DNA of 64,000 nt. Source: Bdellovibrionota bacterium FG-1 (lineage in GTDB: Bacteria > Bdellovibrionota > UBA1018). Under the pieces are notes generated by a model that worked only from the letters and a program-made list of their open reading frames with translations, was not told the origin of the DNA and searched no databases. Each line of letters opens with the position of its first letter. Positions within the stretch are counted from its first letter, which is position 1. The stretch is taken from contig JBBCAW010000053.1 in NCBI GenBank assembly GCA_051382295.1, positions 16,593 to 80,592 of the forward strand. The letters are read 5' to 3'. Below, piece by piece: positions 18,587 through 28,484 of this stretch. Both the position numbers and the translations under genes were made by a program.

Positions 18587-19585
18587 GTGTCATGCCCGAC
18601 TCGATTCTTGACCAGATGTCCGAAGAAACCGGTGAACACTCTGGGCAGGATACAATTGAAAATCGTCGGCAAAGAACTAGTCGCCCAAATGCTCAGCAAG
18701 AATGAAAGCTCCTCTCGGGTCCTCATCCCCGTAAACTGCGGTGCCATTTCCGAAAACCTCATTGAGAGCGAATTATTTGGCCATTGCCGAGGCGCCTTTA
18801 CCGGAGCCGTAAAGGACCGAATCGGAAAATTCGAACTCGCACACCATGGCGATCTTTTTCTCGACGAAATTGGGGACCTCCCCCTAGCCGCCCAGGTCAA
18901 ACTTCTGCGCGTACTCCAAGAGGGCGAAATCACCCGCGTCGGCGAAACCAGCTCCCGTCGGGTTTCAGTTCGAATCATCGCCGCCACCAACAGAAATCTC
19001 CTAGCCATGGTCGAAAACGGAACCTTTCGAACCGATCTGTACTACCGCCTCAACGTCATCCCCATTCAAACCACCCCGTTGCGCGAAAGGCCGAGCGACA
19101 TCCCAGATATCGCGCGTTTTCTCCTGACCATTTTAGCCAAAGGAAAAATCCGCCTAGACGACCGCGCCCTTGATCTACTCGTCAGGCAATCCTGGCCGGG
19201 AAATATCCGAGAACTGCGAAACACAATTGAACGCGCCATCATCGAGGCCCAAATTCGCCACTCCGACACGATCGAAACTCGCGATTTAGACTTCCTCTCC
19301 GAAGAACGACAAAAAAGCCACCCCGGACAAATCAGCCTCCCCTCCCTACTCACCGAGATCTCCATGGAATCATGGGACGGTTACGTCCGTCAGGCTGAGC
19401 GCGAATACCTCCTCAAAGCCATGGCATTATTTGAGGACAACGTCGAAGCTCTCGCACGCCACATGAGCTACGGGCGCAGCACCCTGTTCAAACGACTTTC
19501 GGCTTTGGGACTAAGCCGACGCAAGCCTGGCCTCACCACCTTTGTCGAAAAGGAGGCGGTCGATGACCAAGCAACTCATTATTAA
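18587..19585 (+). pseudogene. N-terminally truncated sigma54-dependent (NtrC/Fis-family) activator
   Basis: [36 protein letters not shown] and an HTH are present. Only VGKELVA of Walker A remains, with no receiver domain or RBS. Confidence 0.75.
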
Positions 19586-19603
19586 CGCCGTAGGGAGACC
19601 GGG

Positions 19604-21105
19604 ATGAGTTTTCGAGCGGCACTCCTTTTTTCGCTCCTTTTGGTGCAGGCGCTGGCCATAACCAACGAAGCCCAATCTGCACCCCCCTCAGTATGGAAAA
19701 CCGATTGGCGGTATTCCGCAACAAATGGGGAGACTTCAACAACCGCCCGAAATTGGAAACCGACCTCCGTTCCTTGCGTCCTAGCTGACCCAAAAATTAC
19801 CAGTTCCCTTTGGTTTGCGGCGCCCTTACCAGCAACCGTGATTCCTAACCCCATCCTCTACATTCGAGCCATGGCAAACCCATTTCGGGTCTACCTAGGG
19901 GATCGCGTGCTCTATGAATTTGGGTATGATGGCGGAATGCCTACCAGCCGATTTATGGGCTTTCCTTGGCATATGATCTCTCTTCCTGAAGATTCAGCCG
20001 GAAAAGAGCTTCGATTCGTCACAAATGTAACCCAGGCAAAATCCGGCTTTTGCTCGGAGATGTCCATCGGCCCCGCCGTGGGATTCACCGCAAGGCTCGC
20101 CATTGATGGAATCGATCGATCCTTGGCTGCGCTCTTTGCCCTTTTGTGCGGGATCGCAGGAGTCATCGTCTTCGCTGCTACAAACCCCTCGCAGTCGTCG
20201 AAGACGATCTTTCACTCTGTGCCCGCCAATATGGCGTTGAGTGGGATATGGTCATTCCAAAGTGGGCCTATCGAACCTTTATACCGACCAAAGCCATCGA
20301 CCTGCACCGTATTCTCAGTAATTTAGGCGAAAATGCGATTCACGCGGCCGGGCACCGGGGGCGGCGGATCGTCATCTCTTTTGAACGGGTCAGTGGACGT
20401 GTCCAAGTCGTGATCCGTGATTTCGGAAACGGCTTTTCAGATCAAGCCCTCGCCGCCTTTCAAAAGGGCGAAGTCTTTACGACCAAGACCGAAGGAACTG
20501 GACGCGGACTTCTTTCGGCGCGGGATCTTGTGAGCGCGGCGAAGGGCACTCTCCAAATTCTATCCGACCAAACTGGAGCCGTTGCAACCGTCGAACTCCC
20601 CGTTTGCGAAGCTCCCGAATGGTACTTTGACGTTAGCGCGAACCAACTCGACGCCGTATTCGTTCTCGATGATGACGAGGAGATCGCCTCGAAGCTTGCG
20701 CGGGCATTGCCTCAGACCAAAATCACCAGTTTTTCGGAAGAGACTGAATTCTTGCAGGCGGCTCGTGCCAATCCCGGCATTTTCCTTTTTGTGGATTACG
20801 GCTATGCCGGCCGCCGAACCGGCCTCGATTTAATTCGGGCCGAAGGGCTGGCCGATCGAGCCGTCCTGTTTACCGGCCGCGCCCACTTCGATGGCGATAT
20901 TCAAGCCCGTGCGATGGCGGCAGGGATTCGGATTTTGCCAAAGGAGTGTGTGATTTTGCGGGGGAATGGGCGAGACAGTACTCCTGATAAAAGGTCTCTT
21001 ACCGGACCTTTAGCCGTCGAACAGTTTCATCATGAGGCACAAACGTCGCCCGCGACCGTAAGCGCTCAATCGTTGTTTCAGTCCCAGCAAGAAAGTCACC
21101 AATAA
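19604..21105 (+). pseudogene. Sensor histidine kinase with internal deletion/frameshift
   Basis: One frame has a signal peptide, extracellular domain and one TM. Another frame from about 20185 has a HATPase (SNLGENA, IRDFGNG, FTTKTEGTGRGL) and a receiver-like LDDD. No HisKA is seen. Confidence 0.7.
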
Positions 21106-21502
21106 TCTGCTTCAAGGTATCGTCAAACAGCGGATCCACAGGATTTTCCCCTGTCTTGTAACGAGTAAGCGTGCTCCGCTCCTTTCCGACCGCCTTGGCT
21201 AATTCATTTTGCGAGTAAGGAAGCACGGAAAAGCTAAACTGAAGTTCAACAGCAGAAATGACGCCCACCTTCTTGGAAATCGATTCCAAAACAAGGCGGT
21301 TCCAGCGGTCAATCAAATCGCCGGGGACAAATACCTCGCGGCAGCTTCTGCATTCCTCCAGGCGACTGTCTCCCTCGATCACAACAATACCCATCGGAGT
21401 CCGATACTCATAATCCTTAACGACCTGAATCCCAAGGGTCATTTCGCCGCAGGTCGGGCAGCGCTTCAACTTCGTTAGAGTGGCATGCTCTTTCATTGTC
21501 AT
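20999..21502 (-). CDS. MqsA-like antitoxin (zinc ribbon + Cro/C1 HTH)
   Basis: CPTCG...CRSC, followed by SQNELAKAVGKERSTLTRYKTG. Confidence 0.75.
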   Translation of the reverse strand: MTMKEHATLTKLKRCPTCGEMTLGIQVVKDYEYRTPMGIVVIEGDSRLEECRSCREVFVPGDLIDRWNRLVLESISKKVGVISAVELQFSFSVLPYSQNELAKAVGKERSTLTRYKTGENPVDPLFDDTLKQIIGDFLAGTETTIERLRSRATFVPHDETVRRLKVR

Positions 21503-21507
21503 TTCTC

Positions 21508-21882
21508 CTATTTGTCCTTTTCAGCGGCTAGGCCAACCTGATCTTCAGCGTGATAACGTTCAGCCTGCTTTTCTGTCGCCTCTGCTGCTGAGACCACTAC
21601 TGTTTGGTCCTCGATGATTACAATCAGGCGCAGTACACGGTCTTTTTGATCCTCACCAAACCATCGATAGCGATCATTCCCAGAATACTTGTACTGACCG
21701 CCAATTTCTCGTAGCTCGAGGGCTACCGCGCTTCCAATTTTCAGGCATTCCAAAATATCAACTGCGGTAATCAGCCGCTCCGGATGGTCATTCATGACAT
21801 GTTGGCTGATCAAGTACTGCTGCGCTCTCACCAACCGCTTTGCCTTAGCTGTCAACTCCACAAGTTCGTCTGACGTCACCAT
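21508..21882 (-). CDS. DUF4258/RelE-like putative toxin
   Basis: ISQHV..RLITAVDILECL..G, RYRWFG, LRLIVII..VVVSA; located upstream of the MqsA-like gene. Confidence 0.65.
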   Translation of the reverse strand: MVTSDELVELTAKAKRLVRAQQYLISQHVMNDHPERLITAVDILECLKIGSAVALELREIGGQYKYSGNDRYRWFGEDQKDRVLRLIVIIEDQTVVVSAAEATEKQAERYHAEDQVGLAAEKDK

Positions 21883-21900
21883 TTGATCTTACTCCATGAC

Positions 21901-21915
21901 GTTGATTTAATCAAC
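21901..21915. promoter_or_regulatory. Palindromic operator upstream of the TA operon
   Basis: GTTGATT-T-AATCAAC perfect inverted repeat 19 bp upstream of the toxin start. Confidence 0.55.
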
Positions 21916-21984
21916 ACAACTATATCTACTTGAATTAACAGCTAAATTATACGCAAAATAACACTACTGCAAGTAACAGAACCG

Positions 21985-22284
21985 TCAATTACCCTTTCCT
22001 ATATTTTTAAGGGATGACCACCACTTCCCAATTCCAAACGTCCTGGCCGCCTCGCCCCTGAGCGGAAAAGGCATCCCGGCGCAAAGCCCAGAAATCACCT
22101 CCTGCTGCTGCTCCGGTGTCGGAAACGCCCGACTAAATGCCTGTTCCTTGGCCGCCCATTCGCGCGCCTCCTTCGCAGTTTCGTCCTGCTCGCGCTTGAA
22201 GACTTCCGCCCGCCGCCGCTCCTGTTCAACGCGAAATTGATTTTTGCAAAAATATTCATGTTGCCCACCTATCCCGTAGCACAT
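21985..22284 (-). pseudogene. Probable C-terminal gene fragment of unknown function
   Basis: Helical C-terminal-like sequence (EQERRRAE...FPTPEQQQE) with no convincing start or RBS. Confidence 0.35.
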
Positions 22285-22469
22285 TGATCCTGTCGGATCT
22301 GGTGGGTTTGTGCCTTCGAGATAGGTCTAAAGGACCATCGAGAAAATACTACCGGACCAGGTCCAATCTAAAATGGTTCGCTCCGCCAGGGTCGTCGTCC
22401 ATCGTTTCTCCTAAAGGTTCACCTCATTTGTGCTGACTACGGCTAAAAACAAAAAAGCCTCGTAGGTTA

Positions 22470-23015
22470 TTGTCCCACGAAGGCATAAAGCTCGCTGCCT
22501 TCCGGCCCGACTGCGCCTCCGATGCCATTGGAGACCGTCTGATCAAACTCAGTTTCAAGCCACCTAAAGTGGCGGACGGAGTCGCTAACCAAGATATGGC
22601 GCTTTGGCCGACGAACTTAGGTTTGAATGTCTTTCGGTTTCGCGTCCTGCGGGATTTTAATAAACAAATTCGGGTCGGCATGACCTGGGTGCCGATTTCG
22701 CATTCCATACCCGAAGGGGTTGCCAGTGGCTTGAATGAGTTTGTCGAGTATTTTCCGTTGGGCTCGTCTGAAGCGACTCATCATCCCAAACCCTTCGTTG
22801 CCGCCGGCTTGGCGCATGCCGCAAGTTTTTCGGGATCTCCTACCTTTAATATTCAAGGTGGATTTACGGTGGGATCTCACTTTGACGAAGCGCATACCCA
22901 TGATGCCCGGATAGTGGTGGGCTATTATACCGGTACGGATCCTCGTTCTAAATATTCTGAATTTCTCGGAGGAACGTCGAAATTCACTTACTTGGGCCTT
23001 ATGTTCAATCTTTGA
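22470..23015 (+). pseudogene. C-terminal fragment of an outer-membrane beta-barrel (DUF1207-like)
   Basis: RIVVGYYTG.DP....F......YLGLMFNL terminal strands. No signal peptide, and the N-terminus looks non-homologous. Confidence 0.4.
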
Positions 23016-23074
23016 ACCTTGCACTTCTCGCTCTCTTGGGTAAAAATCAGGACTCATCCAGGAGAAATCGAACC

Positions 23075-23467
23075 ATGGGCTTAGAAGAGAAACGAAAGAT
23101 CAAAGAATATACGGACAAGACCATCCCGGAACGAACCCAGGAATTGGCCGAAATCTGCGGGTGCCCGATTCCCTATGAAATCGCCTGGGAAACATTCTCG
23201 GATGACGCCGAGGCCTTGCGGTTCTTGGATAATGCATCATTTCACCGGACGAATATGGCCTTCCGCGTGATTTGTGCCGACACTCTTGGCAAAGAGGCCG
23301 TCAAAGAAGGGTTAACCCTCATCAAATTACGCAACGTGAAGAACCGCGAAGAAATGAAGATTTCATTCGAGAACAAAGTCCTCGAAATGCACTGCGCCTA
23401 TGCAATCGGAGCGCAGGGCATGTGGTCGGATAACGAAATTCGCGAAGCCGTGCTCAAAAAACTCTGA
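23075..23467 (+). CDS. Conserved-looking hypothetical cytoplasmic protein
   Basis: AGGAG RBS before ATG 23075 (MGLEEKRKIKE...ICADTLGKEAVKEGL). Confidence 0.75.
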   Translation: MGLEEKRKIKEYTDKTIPERTQELAEICGCPIPYEIAWETFSDDAEALRFLDNASFHRTNMAFRVICADTLGKEAVKEGLTLIKLRNVKNREEMKISFENKVLEMHCAYAIGAQGMWSDNEIREAVLKKL

Positions 23468-23483
23468 GCCAAAGCTCAAAGAA

Positions 23484-24788
23484 TTACGAAATTCTCCTCA
23501 CTGCATACAGGGGTAAATTTTGGAGCCGATCATCTCGTTTGAAACCCCTCGATGAAATCCGAACCATTCGCTCCGGACTAAATCGCTTCTCGTATTTTTT
23601 CAAGCTCGTCTTTCGCTTATTTTCTCCGGCTTTGACTTCAACCGGAAAAATTCCCTGCTCTTGCTCTTTTTGCTGAAGGACAAAATCGACCTCCGCCCTA
23701 GAAGAGTCCGTCCAATAATACAAAGGTGCCAAATCATTTGCGGTAAGCTCCTGGGCCACCAGATTTTCCGCAAGTGCGCCCTTAAATTCGGTGAAGAGGG
23801 CACTGGGTGACAACACCTGTTTGATATCGAGTCGAGCCATTGCCCCGAGCAGCCCAACATCGAGACAATACGCTTTAAAGGCATCAGGCTCCTGGTAAGC
23901 GGCCAAAGGGAGCTGAGGTTTCTTGAGCGAATAAACCTGAAGTATAAGTCCCGCATCACTTAACCACTGAATGGCCCGCTCATATTCGCGACCGCGAGCT
24001 GATTTACCTAAAAGACTATACGTGAATTTTCTATACTCACGCGCAAGCTGCGCCGGCAAGGATTGCCAGACCGCACTGATCTTCAACGTTTCGGTGGGCT
24101 CGGCGTATTTTGAAAAATCGAGTCGATACGCCTGCAGGATATTTTCTTGCACTTCCCGACATTGAAGGAGATCTCGAGTGTCAATATAAACCTTAACCGC
24201 CTCTGGCATGCCCCCTACGACGAGATAGGTCCGTAAAAGATCCATGAGTTCATTGTGAAATATTTCGTCCAAAGGGACGGTGACATCGTGCTTCTGTAAA
24301 AGTTCTCGGTAACCCGACTTCCCGATGGCATCCAAAAACTCTTGAAAATGCATCGGATACAGATGCATGAACTGAACTTTTCCAACGGGGAAAGACCGGG
24401 CACCACTCATCACCACCCCAAGCAAGGAGCCAGCGGCCGCGACATGAAGCTCGGGAAGTTCCTCCGCAAAGTATTTGAGCGACACTAAAGCATTTGGAGC
24501 AGCCTGAATTTCATCAAAAAAAAGCAGAGTTTTACCAACCTCAATCTGAACCTCAAGAAGGATAGAGAGCTTCTCGATGAGGTGCTTGGGATCTTTCGAT
24601 CGTTCAAAAATGGAATGGGCCTCGGGCATTCGTTCAAAATTGATATAAGCTAATCGCTCGAAATGTTCTCGACCGAAGGCCCGCAAAAGATGAGTCTTGC
24701 CAACCTGCCGTGCGCCCTGAAGGAGCAAAGGCTTTCGATTCGATGCCTGTTTCCAATTCAACAAAGAGGTGACAAAATGTCTATTCAT
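23484..24788 (-). CDS. AAA_14 ATPase with DUF4143 and PD-(D/E)xK-like C-terminus
   Basis: GARQVGKT, FFDEIQ, AAGSLLG, YLVVGGMPEAV, EVDFV...PVEVKAG. Confidence 0.9.
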   Translation of the reverse strand: MNRHFVTSLLNWKQASNRKPLLLQGARQVGKTHLLRAFGREHFERLAYINFERMPEAHSIFERSKDPKHLIEKLSILLEVQIEVGKTLLFFDEIQAAPNALVSLKYFAEELPELHVAAAGSLLGVVMSGARSFPVGKVQFMHLYPMHFQEFLDAIGKSGYRELLQKHDVTVPLDEIFHNELMDLLRTYLVVGGMPEAVKVYIDTRDLLQCREVQENILQAYRLDFSKYAEPTETLKISAVWQSLPAQLAREYRKFTYSLLGKSARGREYERAIQWLSDAGLILQVYSLKKPQLPLAAYQEPDAFKAYCLDVGLLGAMARLDIKQVLSPSALFTEFKGALAENLVAQELTANDLAPLYYWTDSSRAEVDFVLQQKEQEQGIFPVEVKAGENKRKTSLKKYEKRFSPERMVRISSRGFKRDDRLQNLPLYAVRRIS

Positions 24789-24807
24789 TTCAATATAATA
24801 ACAAAAA

Positions 24808-24855
24808 CGTGATTTTAATCACATATTAAATCAAAAAAACGTGATTTAGATCTCA
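24808..24855. promoter_or_regulatory. Two CRP-like sites in direct repeat
   Basis: CGTGA-N6-TCACA (24808-24823) and CGTGA-N6-TCTCA (24840-24855), each preceded by AAAAA. Confidence 0.5.
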
Positions 24856-24953
24856 AATTATGTATAATGTTGAAGTTATTCAGTAAATTACCGTAATCAC
24901 GGGCCAATTGCGGAATAACTTTTTTAATTCGCAAAAAATAAGGAAGCAACAAA

Positions 24954-25373
24954 ATGAAAGTAACGCGGACAAATCTTACATTCGGTTTTCTTTTAATCAT
25001 CGCAACAGCGGCCTCCACTCGTCACGCCACCGCCGCAAACAAAACCCTCACTATTCAGCTCCCACCTCAGCCCTCCGAGTATTTTCAAATCCTATCGCCT
25101 CCCACTAGCGTCACCATGCGCTCAGGCCTCGTTACTCTCGAACCCGGCAAACGGGTTGGCAGGCATCCCACCGGGCAGTTCGAAGAAATGGTCATTCCCC
25201 TCGAAGGTGCGGGCGAAATGGACGTCACTGGAAAAGGCAAAACCCACTTCAAACAAGGACAAGTTCTTTACGCCCCCCCGGGCACGGAACACGATGTGGA
25301 AAACATCGGAAAGACCACGCTTCGTTATATTTATGTGGTCGCAAAAACGCCAACCACTCCCGATAAAAAGTGA
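24954..25373 (+). CDS. Secreted cupin-domain protein
   Basis: Signal peptide; LEPG..VGRH.T...EEM..LEG.G and PPGTEHDVEN motifs. Confidence 0.88.
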   Translation: MKVTRTNLTFGFLLIIATAASTRHATAANKTLTIQLPPQPSEYFQILSPPTSVTMRSGLVTLEPGKRVGRHPTGQFEEMVIPLEGAGEMDVTGKGKTHFKQGQVLYAPPGTEHDVENIGKTTLRYIYVVAKTPTTPDKK

Positions 25374-26242
25374 CTCACCGCCTAGTCCATTTCAAAAACG
25401 GCACGACCTCGGTCCAAGCAACTGAATCTCAAGAAGCCATGCACTCCTCCATTGGACCTTGGACTGAATCGCAGCAAGTCTATATGGCCCCGTCAAACCT
25501 CAACCGACGCCTCAACCATCCCATTCAAAATCCACTGGTACTCCCACTGGTACTCCCACTGGTACTCTATGATGTCGGAATGGGCCTAGCCACCAATGCC
25601 TTAGCTGCGCTTGAATGTTTTTGGCAAAGCCCACGGCCCAGAGACCTGGTACTCATCAGCTTTGAAAATCAGCTCGAGGGCCTTCAAACCGCCCTCCAAA
25701 ATGAAGCCCATTTTCCATTTCTAAGCCAACACCGCCAAACTCTCGATACCCTCATCCGCGACGGACAATGGACATCGAAACCCAATCTCCATGGAAATAA
25801 AATCAGCTGGCAACTGGTCCTAGAAAACTTTGCAACGATCGATCTATCCAAATATCCCGCTCCCGAAGTGATTTTTTTTGATTTCTATTCTCCCAAAGAA
25901 TCTCCAGAACTCTGGACCCTGAACACCTTTCGCCGTCTCTACCAAGCCTGCGCGACTCTCACCGAAATCGGGCAAGAGACAGTACTTTGCACCTACAGCG
26001 CCGCTACTGCCGTTCGCTCTGCCCTACTGCTAGCAGGCTTTTCAGTCGGCAAAGGGGCGCCGACAGGACTCAAAAGCGAAACCACCCTCGCCTCCACTCA
26101 ACTAAAAACCCTTGCATCACCGCTGGATTTACGTTGGCTCGAAAAACTAGCGCGCTCGGACAAACCCTTTCCACCGGATTGGGAGGGCTCGCCTGAAGAA
26201 GGACTGCGCCTAGTTCGAAACCACCTTCAATTCAAAACCTGA
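25370..26242 (+). CDS. MnmC/MnmD-like SAM-dependent methyltransferase
   Basis: MHSSIGPWTES, DVGMGLATN, FFDFYSPKESPELW, TYSAATAVRSALLLAGF. Confidence 0.8.
   Translation: MTHRLVHFKNGTTSVQATESQEAMHSSIGPWTESQQVYMAPSNLNRRLNHPIQNPLVLPLVLPLVLYDVGMGLATNALAALECFWQSPRPRDLVLISFENQLEGLQTALQNEAHFPFLSQHRQTLDTLIRDGQWTSKPNLHGNKISWQLVLENFATIDLSKYPAPEVIFFDFYSPKESPELWTLNTFRRLYQACATLTEIGQETVLCTYSAATAVRSALLLAGFSVGKGAPTGLKSETTLASTQLKTLASPLDLRWLEKLARSDKPFPPDWEGSPEEGLRLVRNHLQFKT
25532..25567 (+). repeat. Perfect 3 x 12 bp tandem repeat (CCACTGGTACTC)
   Basis: Read directly; encodes PLVL x3 in frame. Confidence 0.95.
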
Positions 26243-27426
26243 CTCAACGTCGTGGCAATAAAATCAATTTGCTCCCGCCCGATAATCAACGGAGGCGCGA
26301 GCCGGATCGTCTGATCATGAGTTTCTTTGGCCAATAATCCCAGCGCCATCAGTCGCTCACAGAAAGGCCGGGCGGGCCCGGACGACTTTTTGATCTCGAT
26401 GCCGATAAACAAGCCCTGACCTCGCACCTCTTGAATATGGGGCGACGAAATCGCGCGCAATTGTTCGATCAAAATCTGGCCCATTTCGCGTGATTTTTCA
26501 GCCAATTTTTCATCGATCAGCACGGCAAGCGACTCAATTGCCACGGCAGCGGCCAAAGGATTGCCTCCGAAAGTACTCCCATGGTCGCCCGGCTTGAAGA
26601 CCCCTAAGACTTCCCGAGACGCCCCGACCGCCGAAACGGGATACACGCCCCCACCCAAAGCCTTACCTACAATCACCATGTCGGGTTTGGCATCCGATTC
26701 ATGCTGATAGGCAAACATCTTCCCGGTTCGTCCTAAGCCCGTCTGAATTTCGTCGAGCACAAAAAGAACGCGGTTTTTGCGGCAAAGACGACGAGCCTCG
26801 TTAAGATACCCCGCCGGAGGCACTAAAATCCCCGCCTCGCCCTGAATGGGTTCAACCAAAAAGGCCACCGTGTGAGGCGTAATCGCTTGCTCCAGTTGCT
26901 TGGCATCTCCAAAGTCGATGAGTTTAAAGCCCGGAGTAAACGGACCAAATCCATCCCGATACTGAGACTCGGACGAAAAACCCACGATCGTCGTCGTACG
27001 CCCGTGAAAATTATTACGACAAACAATAATCTCTGCCTGATCAGCGGGTACGCCTTTGACCTGATAGCCCCACTTGCGCGCCGCTTTGATCGCGGTTTCA
27101 ACCGCCTCGGCGCCCGTATTCATCGGCAAGGCCATCTCCATCTCCGAAACTTCACAAAAACGGCGCAAAAACCCGCCCATTTTGTCATTATGAAAAGCCC
27201 GTGAAGTCAGGGTTATCTGTGAAGCTTGGTCCACCAAGGCGCGAATAATCCGAGGATGCCGGTGCCCCTGATTGAGGGCCGAATAAGCGCTTAAACAATC
27301 GAGGTACTTGCGCCCCTCGACGTCCCAAACCCAAACCCCTTCGCCTCGAGCGATCACCAAAGGCAATGGCTTGTAGTTGGCAGCACTATACTTTTCAGTT
27401 TGAAGAATGATTTCTTGGGTTTTCAT
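26227..27426 (-). CDS. rocD: Ornithine-oxo-acid transaminase
   Basis: CLSAYSALNQGHRHP, PMNTGAEAVETA, EPIQGEAG, DEIQTGLGRTG, GKALGGG, HGSTFGGNP. Confidence 0.95.
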   Translation of the reverse strand: MKTQEIILQTEKYSAANYKPLPLVIARGEGVWVWDVEGRKYLDCLSAYSALNQGHRHPRIIRALVDQASQITLTSRAFHNDKMGGFLRRFCEVSEMEMALPMNTGAEAVETAIKAARKWGYQVKGVPADQAEIIVCRNNFHGRTTTIVGFSSESQYRDGFGPFTPGFKLIDFGDAKQLEQAITPHTVAFLVEPIQGEAGILVPPAGYLNEARRLCRKNRVLFVLDEIQTGLGRTGKMFAYQHESDAKPDMVIVGKALGGGVYPVSAVGASREVLGVFKPGDHGSTFGGNPLAAAVAIESLAVLIDEKLAEKSREMGQILIEQLRAISSPHIQEVRGQGLFIGIEIKKSSGPARPFCERLMALGLLAKETHDQTIRLAPPLIIGREQIDFIATTLSQVLN

Positions 27427-27435
27427 GGGTTTTTT

Positions 27436-28425
27436 TTACCGTACTGGATTTCGAGACAAAATTTGTTTTCCGAAAATACTTTCGACCAATTCAACGGCTA
27501 ACTCGGCCGTTTTATTGTGAAGATCAAAGGCGGGGTTCACTTCGACAATATCAAGCGAGCCAATCAACCCAGAATCATGGATCATTTCCATGCAAAGCTG
27601 CGCTTCACGATAATTGACGCCGCCCGAGACCGTGGTGGGCACTCCAGGCGCAATCGTGGGATCCAAAAAATCCACATCAAAACTCACATGAAGATGTACA
27701 TTTTCGCGTTTAGCGTGATTCAGGGCTTTTTCCATGACCGCGCGCATACCGATTTCATCGATCTGGCGCATATCATAAACAATCACGCCACTCTCACCGA
27801 CCTTAATTTTTTCGTGAGCATCGACCGAGCGAATCCCGATTTGAATGATATTCGATGCTTCAATAATCGGGCGTTTAAAACCAATATCCAAAAGCCGCGG
27901 ATGCCCATACCCAGCAAGAACGGCGGCGGGCATGCCATGAATATTTCCCGAAGGCGAAGTCTCCGGCGTATTGAAATCGGCGTGAGCATCCAACCAAAAA
28001 ACCACCAACTGTTTTTGGGTTTCGGCGCAGTACCGAGAAACCCCGGCGATCGAACCAATGGCCATAGCGTGATCGCCACCCATCAACACCGGAAATTCGC
28101 CGGCGCAAAGAGTGTCGTACACTGCATCCCGAACCTTCTCGAGCCAAATCAAAGTTCCATTCAAATTGCGATAGCCACCTTGAGGAGGTTCCATCGGATT
28201 AGAGGGGCCTAAAAGATTACCTCGATCAATGACTTGATGCCCCAGGCTTCGAAGCGCAGCCTCAAAACAAGCGACGCGCAAAGCCTCGGGCCCCATCGCC
28301 CCCCCCCGGGCTCCCGCACCAATATCAGTTGGGGCGCCAATGAGCGTAATCGGGCGTTTGACAGACGAAGATAGGGATTTAGATGGATTGAGAGAGGGTG
28401 TGGACATAGGCCTATTTTCTCTCAT
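27436..28425 (-). CDS. rocF: Arginase
   Basis: GGDH, WLDAHADFNTPETSPSGNIHGMP, SFDVDFLDP, VEVNP. Confidence 0.95.
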   Translation of the reverse strand: MRENRPMSTPSLNPSKSLSSSVKRPITLIGAPTDIGAGARGGAMGPEALRVACFEAALRSLGHQVIDRGNLLGPSNPMEPPQGGYRNLNGTLIWLEKVRDAVYDTLCAGEFPVLMGGDHAMAIGSIAGVSRYCAETQKQLVVFWLDAHADFNTPETSPSGNIHGMPAAVLAGYGHPRLLDIGFKRPIIEASNIIQIGIRSVDAHEKIKVGESGVIVYDMRQIDEIGMRAVMEKALNHAKRENVHLHVSFDVDFLDPTIAPGVPTTVSGGVNYREAQLCMEMIHDSGLIGSLDIVEVNPAFDLHNKTAELAVELVESIFGKQILSRNPVR

Positions 28426-28484
28426 ATCCGAGAGACGGGCTCAAGACATTGAGTATGACTCAGAGCTTCAAAATTCAGATATAT

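Noticed and set aside
18478..19008. 176-aa minus-strand ORF as a possible integrase remnant
   Set aside because: Antisense to the sigma54 activator and the tRNA; no tyrosine- or serine-recombinase motif.
28440..28462. Overlapping short palindromes upstream of rocF
   Set aside because: 5-bp arms only, and no match to an operator I can name.
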